Below are positions 45,968 to 57,175 of a stretch of DNA of 64,000 nt, piece by piece; position 1 is the first letter of the stretch; each line of letters begins with the position of its first letter. This stretch comes from an uncultured Acidobacteriota bacterium (lineage in GTDB: Bacteria > Acidobacteriota > Vicinamibacteria > Vicinamibacterales > 2-12-FULL-66-21). Both the position numbers and the translations under genes were made by a program. A model generated the notes under the pieces. The model did no database searches. It was given only the letters and a program-made list of their open reading frames with translations, and had not been told where the DNA came from. The stretch is taken from NCBI GenBank assembly GCA_963830815.1, contig CAWHNN010000001.1, positions 7,715-71,714 on the forward strand, in the 5' to 3' direction.

Positions 45968-46013
45968 TCTCCTTGCTGCCGGCAGTGCCGGTAGCCATCA
46001 GTCCACAAGGAGA
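45968..46013 (+). promoter_or_regulatory. Putative S6:S18 autoregulatory leader
   Basis: CTCCTTG pairs with SD-containing CAAGGAG, inner hairpin CTGCCGGC/GCCGGTAG, CC-containing 3' loop, directly before rpsF. Confidence 0.55.
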
Positions 46014-46016
46014 GTC

Positions 46017-46472
46017 ATGAGCGCCAGCAGACAGTACGAGCTCGTCTATCTCGTCACGCCAGACGCCTCCGACCAGGAGGTTGCCGATCTGCACACGCAG
46101 ATCGAGCAGATCGTCCAGCGGTTCGGCAGCGCGACGTCCTCGACAAGACCGAGAACTGGGGCCGGCGCAAGCTCGCCTACGAGATCGGCCATCACCGCGA
46201 GGCGATCTACGTCGTCGAGACGATCAGCAGCACGTCGGGCGACGTGATGAAGGAGATCGATCGGCGCCTGCGCGTGATCGATCAGGTCATCCGGCATCTC
46301 GTCGTCCGCGTCGACGAGGAGATGCGCGTGGCGGAGCGGACGCGCGACATGCGCAAGGCCAACCAGGCGCGGCGCCGCGTCGCCCGCGGCCTGCCGCCGG
46401 AGCCGGCGCCGGGCGAGTAGCGCGGCGACCAGGACGGATGACGACCGCGACATGATGGAGGTTCAGCGATGA
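46017..46472 (+). CDS. rpsF: 30S ribosomal protein S6 (frameshifted)
   Basis: RQYELVYL, WGRRKLAYEI, VIRHLVVR; end approximate. Confidence 0.92.
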
Positions 46473-46763
46473 GCGAGGAACGAGGCGGCGCGGCCGCGGG
46501 CAAGAGCGGCGACAAGGACAAGGGCAAGGACGGCGCCGCGCCGGGGCGGGTTCTTCCGCCGCCGCCGCGTGTGCAAGTTCTGCGCGGAGAAGATCGACTA
46601 CATCAACTACAAGGACGTGCGCCTGCTCGCGCCGTTCCTGCCCGAGCGCGGCAAGATTCAGCCGCGCCGGATTTCCGGCACCTGCGCGCTGCATCAGCGC
46701 AAGCTGCAGACCGCGATCAAGCGCGCGCGGCAGCTGGCGCTCGTGCCGTATGTGACTGACTAG
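46469..46763 (+). CDS. rpsR: 30S ribosomal protein S18 (frameshifted)
   Basis: [32 protein letters not shown]. Confidence 0.95.
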
Positions 46764-46843
46764 CTGCCGGCAGTCGGCTCACGGCCGTCAGCGCGTGATC
46801 TTCGACAGCTTCGCGAGCTGACGCCGTGAGCTGTCAGCTGAAA
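46763..46843. repeat. Inverted heptamer array
   Basis: GCTGCCG GCAGTCG GCTCACG GCCGTCA GC ... GCTGAC GCCGTGA GCTGTCA GCTGAAA. Confidence 0.8.
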
Positions 46844-46855
46844 GAGTGACAACAC

Positions 46856-47307
46856 ATGGAAGTCATACTCAGAGAACACGTCGACAACCTCGGCCGCCGC
46901 GGCGAAGTCGTGAAGGTCGCCAACGGCTACGCGCGGAACTTCCTGCTGCCGCGCAAGCTGGCGCTGGCGGTGACCGAGGCGAACAAGCGGCAGATCGAGC
47001 GCGAGCGCGCAGCCGCCGAAGCGCGCGAGCTCGAGGAGAAGTCGCAGGCCGAGGCCTTCGCGCCAGCGGCTGTCGCAGACCGAGAGTCGAGATCGCGCGC
47101 CGCGTCGGCGAGAACAACACGCTCTACGGCTCGGTGACGTCGGCCGACATCGCGCAGGCGCTCGCACGCCAAGGGCTTCGACATCGACAAGCGCAAGATT
47201 CAGCTGCCGGAGCCGCTCAAGGCGCTTGGCGAGTCGGTCGTGCCGGTGAAGGTCCATCGCGAAGTCACGGCGCAGGTCGCGTCAACGTCGTCGCCGAAAA
47301 GCGCTAG
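46856..47307 (+). CDS. rplI: 50S ribosomal protein L9 (frameshifted)
   Basis: [33 protein letters not shown]. Confidence 0.95.
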
Positions 47308-47415
47308 AAGCTCGACTTCGGCCGTGCGCCGATCGGGCGATCGACTGGGCGTGAGGGCTGCGGTCGATCGCTTCGCTCTCAATCTGCTATTCTTCAGCTC
47401 GATCGTTTCTCTCCG

Positions 47416-48776
47416 ATGCCTGACGTCGCCGCCGAACGTACCCTCCCGCACAGCCTCGACGCCGAGAAATCCGTCCTCGGCGCGATCCTGATCCACAACG
47501 ACGCGTTCAATCACGCCGCGGAGCTCATCGACGGCGCGCGACTTCTTTCGCGACGCGCACCGGCGGATCTTCAACACGATGGTCGCGCTCAGCGAGCGCA
47601 ACGACGCCCATCGATTTCCTGACGCTGAAAGAGGAGCTGCCGCGCGGCGGTCAGCTCGACGAGGTCGGCGGGCCGGCCTACATCGCGTCGCTCGCCGACG
47701 GCGTGCCGCGCTCCGCCAACGTCGAGTACTACGCGCGCATCGTCAAAGAGAAGTCGACGCTCCGCAACCTGATTCACTCGGCGAACAAGATCCTCGCCGA
47801 GGCCTACGAGGCCGAGCAGGAGCCGGATCTGCTGCTCGACGAGGCCGAGCGCGCGATCTTTGCGATCGCCGAGGATCGCATCCGCGCCGGGTTCGTGCCG
47901 CTGCGCGATCTCGTGCAGGGCAGCTTCGCGACGATCGAGAAGCTGCAGCAGCACAAGGGGCTCGTCACCGGCGTGCCGACCGGCTTCGTCGATCTCGACG
48001 AGATGACGTCCGGTCTGCAGCCGTCCGACCTCGTGCTCGTCGCAGCGCGGCCGTCGATGGGCAAGACGAGCTTCGTTCTGAACATCGCGCAGCACGTCGG
48101 GACGTCGACCGACATGACCGTCGGCATCTTCAGCCTCGAGATGTCGAAGGAGCAGCTGTTCATGCGCATGCTGACGTCCGAGGCGCGCATCGATGCCCAT
48201 CGGTTCCGCAGCGGGTTCCTGAGCGAGAAGGACTACGGACGGCTGTCGCAGGCGCTCGGCACGCTGGCCGAAGCGAAGCGTCTACATCGACGACACGGCG
48301 TCGATCGGCGTGCTCGAGATGCGCGCCAAGGCGCGGCGGCTCAAGGCCGAGCACGGCCTGCACCTGCTCGATCATCGACTACATCCAGCTGATGCAGGGA
48401 CGCGGCCGCTTCGAGAGCCGGCAGGCGGAACTGGCGTCGATCTCGCGGTCGCTCAAGGGCCTCGCGAAGGAGCTGAACGTGCCGATCGTCGCGCTGTCGC
48501 AGCTCTCGCGCGCGCCGGAGACGCGATCGGATCACCGGCCGCAGCTGTCTGACCTGCGCGAGTCGGGCGCCCTCGAGCAGGACGCCGACGTCGTCATGTT
48601 CATCTACCGCGCTGAGCAGTACCGCGACGAGGACGGGCAGCTGAACCCGGAAGATCAGGGCTCGGCCGAGATCATCATCGGCAAGCAGCGCAACGGCCCG
48701 ACCGGAACCGCGAAGCTCGCGTTCATCAAGGAGTACACGCGCTTCGAGAACCTGGCGCACGGCGCAGCGCCAGTGA
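47416..48776 (+). CDS. dnaB: Replicative DNA helicase (frameshifted)
   Basis: [47 protein letters not shown]. Confidence 0.95.
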
Positions 48777-49903
48777 TCCGGCCGACGGTGGCGCGCGTCG
48801 ATCTCGACGCCATCCGCGGCAACTTCCGCGTCGCATCGCTCGCGTTACCTCGGGCTCCGGCAGACCTCGTCCCGCGCCGCGCATCATCGCCGTCGTCAAG
48901 GCGAACGCCTACGGCCACGGCGCGCCGCAGGTCGCGCTGGCGCTCGAGGAGGCGGGCGCGGCGATGCTGGCGTGCGCCGACATCGAGGAGGCCATCGTGC
49001 TGCGCCAGGCGGGCGTGCGGGCGCCCATCCTCGTCTTCGGCGCGCTCAGCGTCAGCGACCTCGACGGCGTGTTCGAGCACGACCTGACGCCGACGATCTC
49101 GACGCCCGGCGCGGCGCGCGCGCTGCAGGCGGCCGCGGCGCGCCGCGACGTCGACGCTGCGCTGCCACCTCAAGATCGACACCGGGATGAACCGTCTGGG
49201 TTTCCGCCACGACAATCTCGAGCGGACGCTGCCGGAAGTCGTCGCCAGCCCGAACCTCGCGTTCGACGCCGTCTACACGCATTTCGCGACCGCCGACGAT
49301 CCCGAGCACCGATGTTCGCCGAGCAGCGCGACTCGGTTCGAGGCGCGCTATCGACAGCTGCCGGCGCTCGGGCATCAGACGCGCGCGTTCGCCACGCGGC
49401 AAACAGCGCCGCGTTGCTGCGCGACGAGCGGGTCTGGTACGACTTCGTCCGGCCCGGGACTGCTGCTCTACGGCGTCGTGCCGCCGCCGCTGGCGACGAC
49501 GATCGGGCTGCGGCCCGCGCTGTCGCTGCATAGCCGCATCGTCGCGGTCAAAGGCATGCGTCCCGGCGAGGGCTCGGGTTACGGCATCAAGACGACGGTC
49601 AGCGAGCCTCGCATCCTCGCGGTCGTTCCCGCCGGCTACGCCGATGGCCTCGATCTCCGGCTTGCGGGCCACGGCTTCATGCTCGTCCGCGGCCGCCGCG
49701 CTCCGATCGTCGGCTCTGTCTGCATGGACATGACGATGATCGACGTGACGGGAACAGAGGTCGCGCCCGGCGACGAAGTCGTCATTGTCGGCCAGCAGGG
49801 CGACGAGTCGATCGGGGTTCGCGAGATCGCCGCGTCGATCGGAACGATTCCGTACGAGCTGTTGTGCCGCGTCGGCAGCCGGATACAGCGGGTGTATTCG
49901 TAG
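48773..49903 (+). CDS. alr: Alanine racemase (frameshifted)
   Basis: [37 protein letters not shown]. Confidence 0.93.
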
Positions 49904-50113
49904 CGGCTCGCGCTCGCGGCTCGCGGTTTGCTGCTCAGCTGTTGCAAATTCTGCCACCTGCGCAGTTGCCACCTGCCAGCTGCGATGGGAAACAACATCA
50001 GTGTCTTGCCGAATGCTCTAAGCTGGAGAGGTGCTGCGTGCCTCTAGCGACCCCAGTGCAGGAATCTTGCAACAGCGAACAGCCAGCAGCGAGCAGCCGA
50101 GCAGCGAGCCGCG
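49903..50113. repeat. MITE-like element with heptameric inverted arms
   Basis: Left GCGGCTC-type units plus GCTGTTGCAAATTCTGC; right GCAGGAATCTTGCAACAGC plus GAGCAGC/GAGCCGC units. Confidence 0.75.
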
Positions 50114-50116
50114 AAA

Positions 50117-51493
50117 ATGAAACCCCCGAGAACCGTCTTCGCCTGTCAGGAATGCGGCGCGCAGTCCGCGAAGTGGCTGGGCCGCTGCCCGGATTGCGGC
50201 GCATGGAACTCGATGATCGAGGAGCGGCCGATGCCGGCGGCAGTGGCCGCGGCGGCGACCGAGAAGCGGTACACGCTTGCAGCCGCGGCGGGGCCGCAGC
50301 TTTACGCCGACATCGACACGGTCGTCGCCGAGCGACTGTCGACCGGTATCGGTGAGTTCGACCGCGTTCTCGGCGGTGGCGTCGTCCCCGGGTCTCTGGT
50401 CCTCATCGGCGGCGAGCCGGGCATCGGCAAGTCCACGCTGCTGCTGCAGGCGGCGGCACACTTCGCGAAGGTCATCGGTCCGGTGCTGTACTGCTCGGGC
50501 GAAGAGTCCGAGCACCAGATCAAGTCTCGCGGCGAGCGGCTCGGCGTGGAGCGGGCGCCCCTCTACATCCTGGCGGAGACGTGTCTCGAGCGCATCCTCG
50601 AAGAAGTGGCCCGCCTGCGTCCGGCGTTTCTGATTGTCGATTCCATCCAGACCGTCTTTTCGCTGAAGTTCCAGTCGGCGCCCGGCAGCATCGGGCAGGT
50701 ACGCGAGTCCGCGACGCAGCTGCTCTTTGCGGCCAAGGGCCAGAACATCCCGACGTTTCTCGTCGGTCACGTCACCAAGGACGGCAATCTTGCGGGGCCG
50801 AAAGCGCTGGAGCACATCGTCGACACGGTGCTCTATTTCGAAGGCGAGAAGCATCACGCGCATCGCGTCGTGCGCGCCGTGAAGAATCGGTTCGGCGCCG
50901 TCAGCGAGCTCGGCGTCTTCGAGATGACAGGCGGCGGTCTCAAGGCCGTACCGAACCCTTCGCAGCTGTTTTTGGCCGAGCGGGCGGCGAACGCGCCGGG
51001 CTCAGCCGTTCTCTGCTGCGTCGAAGGATCGCGTCCGCTGCTCGTCGAAGTCCAGGCGCTCGTCAGCACGAGTTCCTACGGCAACGCGAGGCGCATGGCC
51101 AGCGGCCTCGATCAGAACCGGCTGTCCCTCCTGCTCGCCGTGCTCGAGAAGCGCGCCGGCCTGAACCTGATCGCCGAGGACGTGTTCGTGAACGTGGCTG
51201 GCGGCATGGCTGTGGATGAGCCGGCGGCGGATCTCGCCATCCTGGCCGCCGTGGCCTCGAGCGTGCGCAATCGGCCGATCAAGGCTGCCACGGCGGTCTT
51301 TGGTGAAGTCGGCCTGGCGGGCGAGGTCCGCGGCACCAGCCAATCGTCGCTGCGCGTCCGTGAGGCATCGCAGATGGGCTTTACGCGCTGCGTGGTCCCG
51401 GAAGGCAACGTCGCTCCGGCCGACTCTGCAGGCTGCGAAATCATCGGGGTCAAGACCGTATCGGAGGCACTGGAACAGTTGATCGATTGGTAG
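50117..51493 (+). CDS. radA: DNA repair protein RadA/Sms
   Basis: C4 zinc finger, GEPGIGKST, KNRFG, Lon-like C-terminus. Confidence 0.97.
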   Translation: MKPPRTVFACQECGAQSAKWLGRCPDCGAWNSMIEERPMPAAVAAAATEKRYTLAAAAGPQLYADIDTVVAERLSTGIGEFDRVLGGGVVPGSLVLIGGEPGIGKSTLLLQAAAHFAKVIGPVLYCSGEESEHQIKSRGERLGVERAPLYILAETCLERILEEVARLRPAFLIVDSIQTVFSLKFQSAPGSIGQVRESATQLLFAAKGQNIPTFLVGHVTKDGNLAGPKALEHIVDTVLYFEGEKHHAHRVVRAVKNRFGAVSELGVFEMTGGGLKAVPNPSQLFLAERAANAPGSAVLCCVEGSRPLLVEVQALVSTSSYGNARRMASGLDQNRLSLLLAVLEKRAGLNLIAEDVFVNVAGGMAVDEPAADLAILAAVASSVRNRPIKAATAVFGEVGLAGEVRGTSQSSLRVREASQMGFTRCVVPEGNVAPADSAGCEIIGVKTVSEALEQLIDW

Positions 51494-51557
51494 CGAAGTA
51501 GGGCAGTATCATAGGGAAGTCTTCATACTTGGCGTTCTTTCTTCGCGGAGCTCATAC

Positions 51558-52650
51558 ATGCCCTGGCATCTGATCGTCCGTGTTCTGTTCTGTACTGGCA
51601 GTTACCTACGCAGCCGTTCTCGTCCGGCCGTTCACCAGCGACGTCTGGACGAATGCGATTGTTGGCGCGCTCCTCGGCCTCGTCATCATTGGCGTCGAGG
51701 CGCGGCTGCGCGAGGCTGAGGTCACGGACCTCCTCGGCGCGCTCATCGGTGGGGCAATCGGCCTAGGCCTGGCCAAGACAATCGGGGCGGCCCTCTTCTG
51801 GGCGGACGCTAACGATCCCCGTGTTGCCTTTCTGCACAGCTTCACGCTCCTCGTGTTTCCCTACCTGGGAATTGTCATGGGTGCGAGGAAGGGCGAGTGG
51901 CTCGAGCCGGCTCGGCTGGCGTCGCTCTTCCGCGATACCGGCCCTCAGAAACGCTACCGTCTCCTCGACACGAGCGTGATCATCGACGGCCGCATCGCCG
52001 ACGTCTGCGAAACCGGCTTCCTGGACGGGACGCTCGTCATCCCGCAGTTCGTCCTCAAAGAGCTCCAGCTCGTCGCCGACTCGCCTGACTCGCTCAAGCG
52101 CAACCGCGGGCGGCGCGGGCTCGACATCCTTCAGAAGGTGCAGAAGATGTCAGGGCTCGACGTGATGATTTCCGACATCGACTTTCCCGAGGTTCGCGAG
52201 GTCGACCTCAAGCTCATCGAGCTGGCCCGTACGCTCCAGGGCAAGATCGTCACGAATGACTTCAACCTCAACAAGGTCGCGCAGCTGCGCGGCGTCCAGG
52301 TCCTCAACATCAACGAGCTCGCCAACGCTCTGAAGCCCGTTGTCCTGCCGGGCGAGTTCATGAAGGTCTTCATCCTCAAGGAAGGCAAGGAATACAACCA
52401 GGGCGTGGCTTACCTCGACGACGGGACGATGGTCGTTGTCGACAACGCGCGGCGGATGATCAGCAAGAACATCGACATCGTCGTGACCAGCGTCCTCCAG
52501 ACCACGGCCGGCAAGATGATCTTCGGGCGATATATCGAAGGGCCGGGCGCGCAGCAACCGGCGATCGGGCAGGTCGCGGTTCCTGCCGCCACTCCCGCGG
52601 CAGGCGTGGTGGCGACGTCCGCGGGGCGGGCCCAGCAGAACGCGAAGTGA
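51558..52650 (+). CDS. Membrane PIN/TRAM domain protein (YacL-like)
   Basis: LLDTSVIIDGRI, TNDFNLNKVA, YLDDGTMVVV; ATG 51558 is out of frame with the body by one indel. Confidence 0.92.
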
Positions 52651-53360
52651 TCCCGCCGTATCACTGGTGGCGGACTGTCTTCTTTCTCATTCCCGCCATC
52701 GGCGTCTACACGATCGTCCTCGGGACGATTTCGATCCTCTCGTCGCTCGTCGATCGCAGTGGCGACTTCGGCCATAAATGCGCCCGTGCCTGGGCGTGGC
52801 TGATCCTCCGGACAACGGGCGTCAACGTTACCGTTCGCGGCGTCGACCTCCTCGAGTCCGGACGCAGCTACGTGTTCGCGTCGAACCACCAGAGCATCTA
52901 CGACATCCCGATTGTCTTCGACTCGATCCCGGTGCAGCTTCGCATCGTCGCCAAGGATTCGCTGGGACGTTTCCCTTTTCTCGGCTGGCACCTGCAGCGC
53001 ACCGGGCACTTGCTGGTCGATCGCAAGAGTCCCGGCGCCGGCATCGTCAAGAAGATGGCCCGCCTCGTCGGTGGCGCGCGCTCGCTCATCGTCTTCCCTG
53101 AGGGCACGCGCAGCACCGATGGCTCGGTGTCGCGCTTCAAGGGCGGAATGTTTCTCGTGGCGATCGACGCGGGACTGCCGATTGTCCCCGTCAGCATCGC
53201 CGGGAGCCGGCATGTCATGCTCAAGGGCCGGCTGATGACGTGCCCCGGCGACGTGACGATCACGGTCCACGAGCCGATTCCGACGGCAGGCATTGGCCGG
53301 GAGGGCGCGAGGGAACTGGCCGAGCGTGTTCGCGCCGTCGTCGTGCCGGATGTCAGCTGA
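52647..53360 (+). CDS. Lysophospholipid acyltransferase (PlsC-like)
   Basis: NHQSIYD, FPEGTRS. Confidence 0.9.
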   Translation: MIPPYHWWRTVFFLIPAIGVYTIVLGTISILSSLVDRSGDFGHKCARAWAWLILRTTGVNVTVRGVDLLESGRSYVFASNHQSIYDIPIVFDSIPVQLRIVAKDSLGRFPFLGWHLQRTGHLLVDRKSPGAGIVKKMARLVGGARSLIVFPEGTRSTDGSVSRFKGGMFLVAIDAGLPIVPVSIAGSRHVMLKGRLMTCPGDVTITVHEPIPTAGIGREGARELAERVRAVVVPDVS

Positions 53361-53412
53361 CTGGTGGCTGTCATATAATGAGTCGTTTGACCTCTGGGGC
53401 AAATTCTTCACC

Positions 53413-54576
53413 ATGCAAGTGACGGCGATCATTGCGGCCGGCGGCAGCGGCACGCGGCTCGGCGCGGCCGTGCCGAAGCAACTGCTGCAGATCGGTGGCC
53501 GAACGATCCTGCAGCGTGCTATCGACGCCTTCAGATCGCATCCTGGTGTTGCAGAGGTCATCGTGGCGTTACCCGAGGCGGTTGTTGCTGCGCCGCCGTC
53601 GTGGCTCGAGGGCGTGAGGGTCGTGGCCGGCGGAGCGCGGCGCCAGGATTCGGTGGCGAATGCCTTTGCGGCGATCGCGGCCGACACCGAGATCGTCATG
53701 ATTCACGACGCGGCGCGGCCGTTCGTGAGCGCCGATGTCATCACGAGGGCGATCGATGCCGCCGCGACGCATGGCGCAGCGATCGTGGCGCTCCCCGTCA
53801 GCGACACGGTCAAGCGTGTCGTTCGCGAGGGTGGCGCCGGCGACGGAGGCGTGATTACTGAAACACTGCCTCGAGATGAGATCTTTCTGGCGCAGACGCC
53901 GCAGGCCTTCCGCCGCGACGTGCTGGGTGCGGCGATTGCCGCTGGTCGCGGGTTGGCTACGGCGACCGACGAAGCGATGCTGGCGGAGCGCGCTGGGCAT
54001 CACGTCCACGTTGTGGTGGGAGACGCGGCGAACGTGAAGATTACGACAGCAGCTGACCTCGAGCGCGCGCGTGAGCGCGAAGCGCGACAGCCGGCTACGT
54101 CACGCGTCGGTGTTGGCTACGATCTGCACCGCCTCGTCGAAGGCCGGCCGTTGATACTCGGTGGCGTCGATATCCCCGCCGAACGCGGTGCGCTCGGACA
54201 TTCTGATGCTGACGTTGTCTGCCACTCGTTGACGGATGCCATTCTCGGCGCCGCACGCGCCGGGGATATCGGGCAACACTATCCGGACACCGATCCGCGG
54301 TGGAAGGGCGCGTCGAGCATCGAGTTGCTGGGCGAAGTCGCGGCCCTGGTTCGCGGGCGAGGATTCGCCGTCGAGAACGTGGACGTTGTCGTGATCCTCG
54401 AGCGGCCGAAGATTGGGCCGCATCGCGAGGCGATTCAGCTGCGGCTCGCCGAGGCACTGGGGATCGACGCCGGCCGCGTGAGCATCAAGGGCAAGACCAA
54501 CGAGGGCGTGGATGCCGTGGGCCGGGGCGAAGCGATAGCGGCACACGCGGTGTGCCTCCTGGTTCCTGTCTCCTGA
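53413..54576 (+). CDS. ispDF: Bifunctional IspD/IspF
   Basis: AAGGSGTR, HDAARP, QTPQ, KITT then GYDLH, GHSDADV, KTNEG. Confidence 0.94.
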   Translation: MQVTAIIAAGGSGTRLGAAVPKQLLQIGGRTILQRAIDAFRSHPGVAEVIVALPEAVVAAPPSWLEGVRVVAGGARRQDSVANAFAAIAADTEIVMIHDAARPFVSADVITRAIDAAATHGAAIVALPVSDTVKRVVREGGAGDGGVITETLPRDEIFLAQTPQAFRRDVLGAAIAAGRGLATATDEAMLAERAGHHVHVVVGDAANVKITTAADLERAREREARQPATSRVGVGYDLHRLVEGRPLILGGVDIPAERGALGHSDADVVCHSLTDAILGAARAGDIGQHYPDTDPRWKGASSIELLGEVAALVRGRGFAVENVDVVVILERPKIGPHREAIQLRLAEALGIDAGRVSIKGKTNEGVDAVGRGEAIAAHAVCLLVPVS

Positions 54577-54598
54577 CTTTTGTCTGCTGACTACTGAG
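54563..54598. repeat. Short degenerate heptamer array
   Basis: TCCTGTC TCCTGAC TTTTGTC TGCTGAC TACTGAG spanning the ispDF stop. Confidence 0.65.
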
Positions 54599-54600
54599 CA

Positions 54601-56121
54601 ATGATTCGCGTCAGATTCGCTCCCAGCCCGACCGGACAGCTGCACGTTGGCAACGCGCGCACGGCGCTGTTCAACTGGCTGCTGGCGCACGGCAAGGACG
54701 GGACGTTTGTTCTTCGCATCGAGGACACCGACGCGGAGCGATCGACGCGCGAGTCCGAGATCAGCATCCTCGAGGACCTGCGCTGGCTCGGGCTCGATTG
54801 GGACGAGGGCCCGGACGTCGGCGGGCCGCATGGGCCGTACCGCCAGTCGGAGCGGCTGCACTTGTATGCGTCGTACGCCAACGAGCTGCTGGCGAGCAGC
54901 CACGCGTATTACTGCTTCTGCACGGCCGAGAAACTCGATGCCGACCGCCAGGCGGATCTCGCGGCGGGCCGGCCGCCGAAATACCACGGGACGTGCCGCT
55001 CGCTGCCGAAGGCCGACACCGAGGCACGAATGGAGCGTGGGGAGCGGCCGGTCATCCGCTTCCGCGTCCCCGAGTCGGAAGAGATTCGCTTTCAGGATCT
55101 CGTCCGCGGTGAAGTCGTGTTCAGCACCGAGGTCGTCGGCGATTTCGTCATCGTTCGCTCCGACGGCCGGCCGCAGTACAACTTTGCCGTTGTCGTCGAC
55201 GATTCGCTGATGGAAGTGACGCACGTGATTCGCGGCGAGGACCACATTTCGAACACGCCGCGGCAGATTCTGCTCTATCACGCGCTCGGTTTCACGCCGG
55301 CGGAGTTTGCTCATCTGTCGCTCGTTCTCGGCCCGGACCACACGCCGCTCTCGAAGCGGCATGGGGCGACGTCGGTCGCCGAGTTTCGTGCCCGCGGCTA
55401 TCTGCCCGAGGCGCTCGTGAACTATCTCGCGCTCATCGGCTGGTCGCCGCGTACCGACGGCGGCAGCGGCGAGCACGATGCGGAGCTCCAGCCGGTCGAC
55501 GAGATGGCGCGGCGCTTCGCGATCGAAGATGTCGGACACAGCGCCGGAGTCTTCGATCTCGAGAAGCTGGCGTGGATGAACCGCCACTACATGAAGGCGG
55601 CGGCGCCGGCGCGCCTGGCGGCGGAGACGCTTCGCTTCTTCACCGCGAAGGGTTTCGTGACGCGGCGCACCGACGAGGCGATGGAGTTCGTCACGCAGGT
55701 GCTGCCCATGGCCGTTGGCTCGGTCGACCGGCTCGAAGAGATACCGGATCGCCTGAAGTTCATGTTCGACTTCGATCCAACTGCGGCGCTGGCGACAACC
55801 GAAGTCGCCGAGGTGATGGGCGAGGCGGGCGCGCGCGATGTCGTCCTGGCCCTTGCCGAGGAGTTGCGCGACGCCGGGCGGCTCGACCGCGAGTCGTTCC
55901 GCGCCGCCGCCGGGCGTGTGCGGCAGCGCACCGGGCAGAAGGGGCGCGCGCTGTTTCATCCGATCCGCGTTGCGTTGACGGGCGAGGCCGGGGGGCCGGA
56001 GCTCGATCTCGCCGTGCCGGCCATCGATCGCGGCGCAGAGCTGCCGCGTTCCGCCGGTGTGGCGCTGGTGCTCGGATGTCGCGAGCGAGCGGAGATGTTC
56101 GCCCGCGCAGTACGGGGATGA
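54601..56121 (+). CDS. gltX: Glutamate--tRNA ligase
   Basis: RFAPSPTG, HVGN, RIEDTD, LSKR. Confidence 0.97.
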   Translation: MIRVRFAPSPTGQLHVGNARTALFNWLLAHGKDGTFVLRIEDTDAERSTRESEISILEDLRWLGLDWDEGPDVGGPHGPYRQSERLHLYASYANELLASSHAYYCFCTAEKLDADRQADLAAGRPPKYHGTCRSLPKADTEARMERGERPVIRFRVPESEEIRFQDLVRGEVVFSTEVVGDFVIVRSDGRPQYNFAVVVDDSLMEVTHVIRGEDHISNTPRQILLYHALGFTPAEFAHLSLVLGPDHTPLSKRHGATSVAEFRARGYLPEALVNYLALIGWSPRTDGGSGEHDAELQPVDEMARRFAIEDVGHSAGVFDLEKLAWMNRHYMKAAAPARLAAETLRFFTAKGFVTRRTDEAMEFVTQVLPMAVGSVDRLEEIPDRLKFMFDFDPTAALATTEVAEVMGEAGARDVVLALAEELRDAGRLDRESFRAAAGRVRQRTGQKGRALFHPIRVALTGEAGGPELDLAVPAIDRGAELPRSAGVALVLGCRERAEMFARAVRG

Positions 56122-56834
56122 TCGTCTACGGCGTGAATCCTGTCATGGAGGCGCTCCGCGCCGGGCGCGTGCGCAAGCTGCGGGTCGGTCCACGGTCGGA
56201 TCGGCGCGTCGAAGAAGTGCTGGCGCTGGCGCGCAAATCCGGCGTCCCGATCGAGCGCACTGACGCGGCGGCGCTCGATCGCGCGGCCCGGGGTGGCGTG
56301 CATCAGGGGCTGGCGGCGGAAGTCGAAGCGCCGCGCGACTACGCGATCGACGAGCTCGTTGCGGCCGCCGCGCCGTCCGCGCCGCTCCTCGTCGTGCTCG
56401 ACAGCGTCGAGGATCCGCACAATGTCGGCGCGATCCTGCGCACCGTCGATGCTGCCGGCGGCCATGGTGTCGTGCGTCAGGCGCGGCACGCGGCGGCGAT
56501 GGACGGGATCGTCGCCAAGGCATCGGCCGGGGCGGTGTCCTCGGTTCGCGTGGCCACAGTCGTCAATATCGCGCGGGCGCTCGAAGAGTTGAAGGAGGCG
56601 GGCGTCTGGACGATCGGGCTCGCGGGCGAGGCGTCCGATCGCTACGATGAAATCGACCTGACGGTGCCAACGGCAATCGTGCTCGGCGCCGAAGGCGAGC
56701 GGACTGCGGCGTCTGGTGAAGGAGCGGTGCGATCGGCTGGCGTCGATCCCGATGCTCGGCCAGGTCGACAGCCTCAATGTCTCTGTAGCAGCAGGAGTTA
56801 TGCTGTTCGAGGCGGTCCGGCAGCGGGGCAGTAA
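56118..56834 (+). CDS. rlmB: 23S rRNA Gm2251 methyltransferase (frameshifted)
   Basis: [26 protein letters not shown]. Confidence 0.92.
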   Translation: MIVYGVNPVMEALRAGRVRKLRVGPRSDRRVEEVLALARKSGVPIERTDAAALDRAARGGVHQGLAAEVEAPRDYAIDELVAAAAPSAPLLVVLDSVEDPHNVGAILRTVDAAGGHGVVRQARHAAAMDGIVAKASAGAVSSVRVATVVNIARALEELKEAGVWTIGLAGEASDRYDEIDLTVPTAIVLGAEGERTAASGEGAVRSAGVDPDARPGRQPQCLCSSRSYAVRGGPAAGQ

Positions 56835-56935
56835 AAGTCGTGTATAATTGGAGTTCCCTCTGACCACTAACCCTCTACAGGACTATGAACTTGCGCCCGT
56901 GGCACGCGGTGTGCTACAAATATCGTTTTGTCTGG

Positions 56936-57012
56936 GCTGGCGTAGCTCAGTCCGGTAGAGCAGCTGATTTGTAATCAGCCGGTCGGGGGTTCAAATCCCT
57001 TCGCCAGCTCCA
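56936..57012 (+). tRNA. tRNA-Thr (TGT)
   Basis: GCTGGCG...CGCCAGC-T-CCA, anticodon loop TTTGTAA. Confidence 0.95.
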
Positions 57013-57175
57013 AGTTTCCTGCCGAGGGCGAGACCCGAGCACGAGCGAAACCCGAGCACAGACGAGAGAAACCAGGGACGGCACTGTAGTCGCACACGGC
57101 GCGAATCCCGAATACATCCGACTGAGAGCGAAGTAGAACAGAGCGTTAGCCCCGGCGCGTCCGCCGGTGGGTATC

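Noticed and set aside
47579-49087. Apparent DnaB-Alr fusion
   Set aside because: GTGA overlap at 48773-48776 fits separate coupled genes; the region is indel-rich.
42381-49903. Programmed frameshifting or mass pseudogenisation
   Set aside because: No common slippery motif and essential genes are affected; sequencing error is more parsimonious.
49960-50060. Core of the alr-radA element as a gene remnant
   Set aside because: Translation too weak to assign by eye; kept only as a suggested search.
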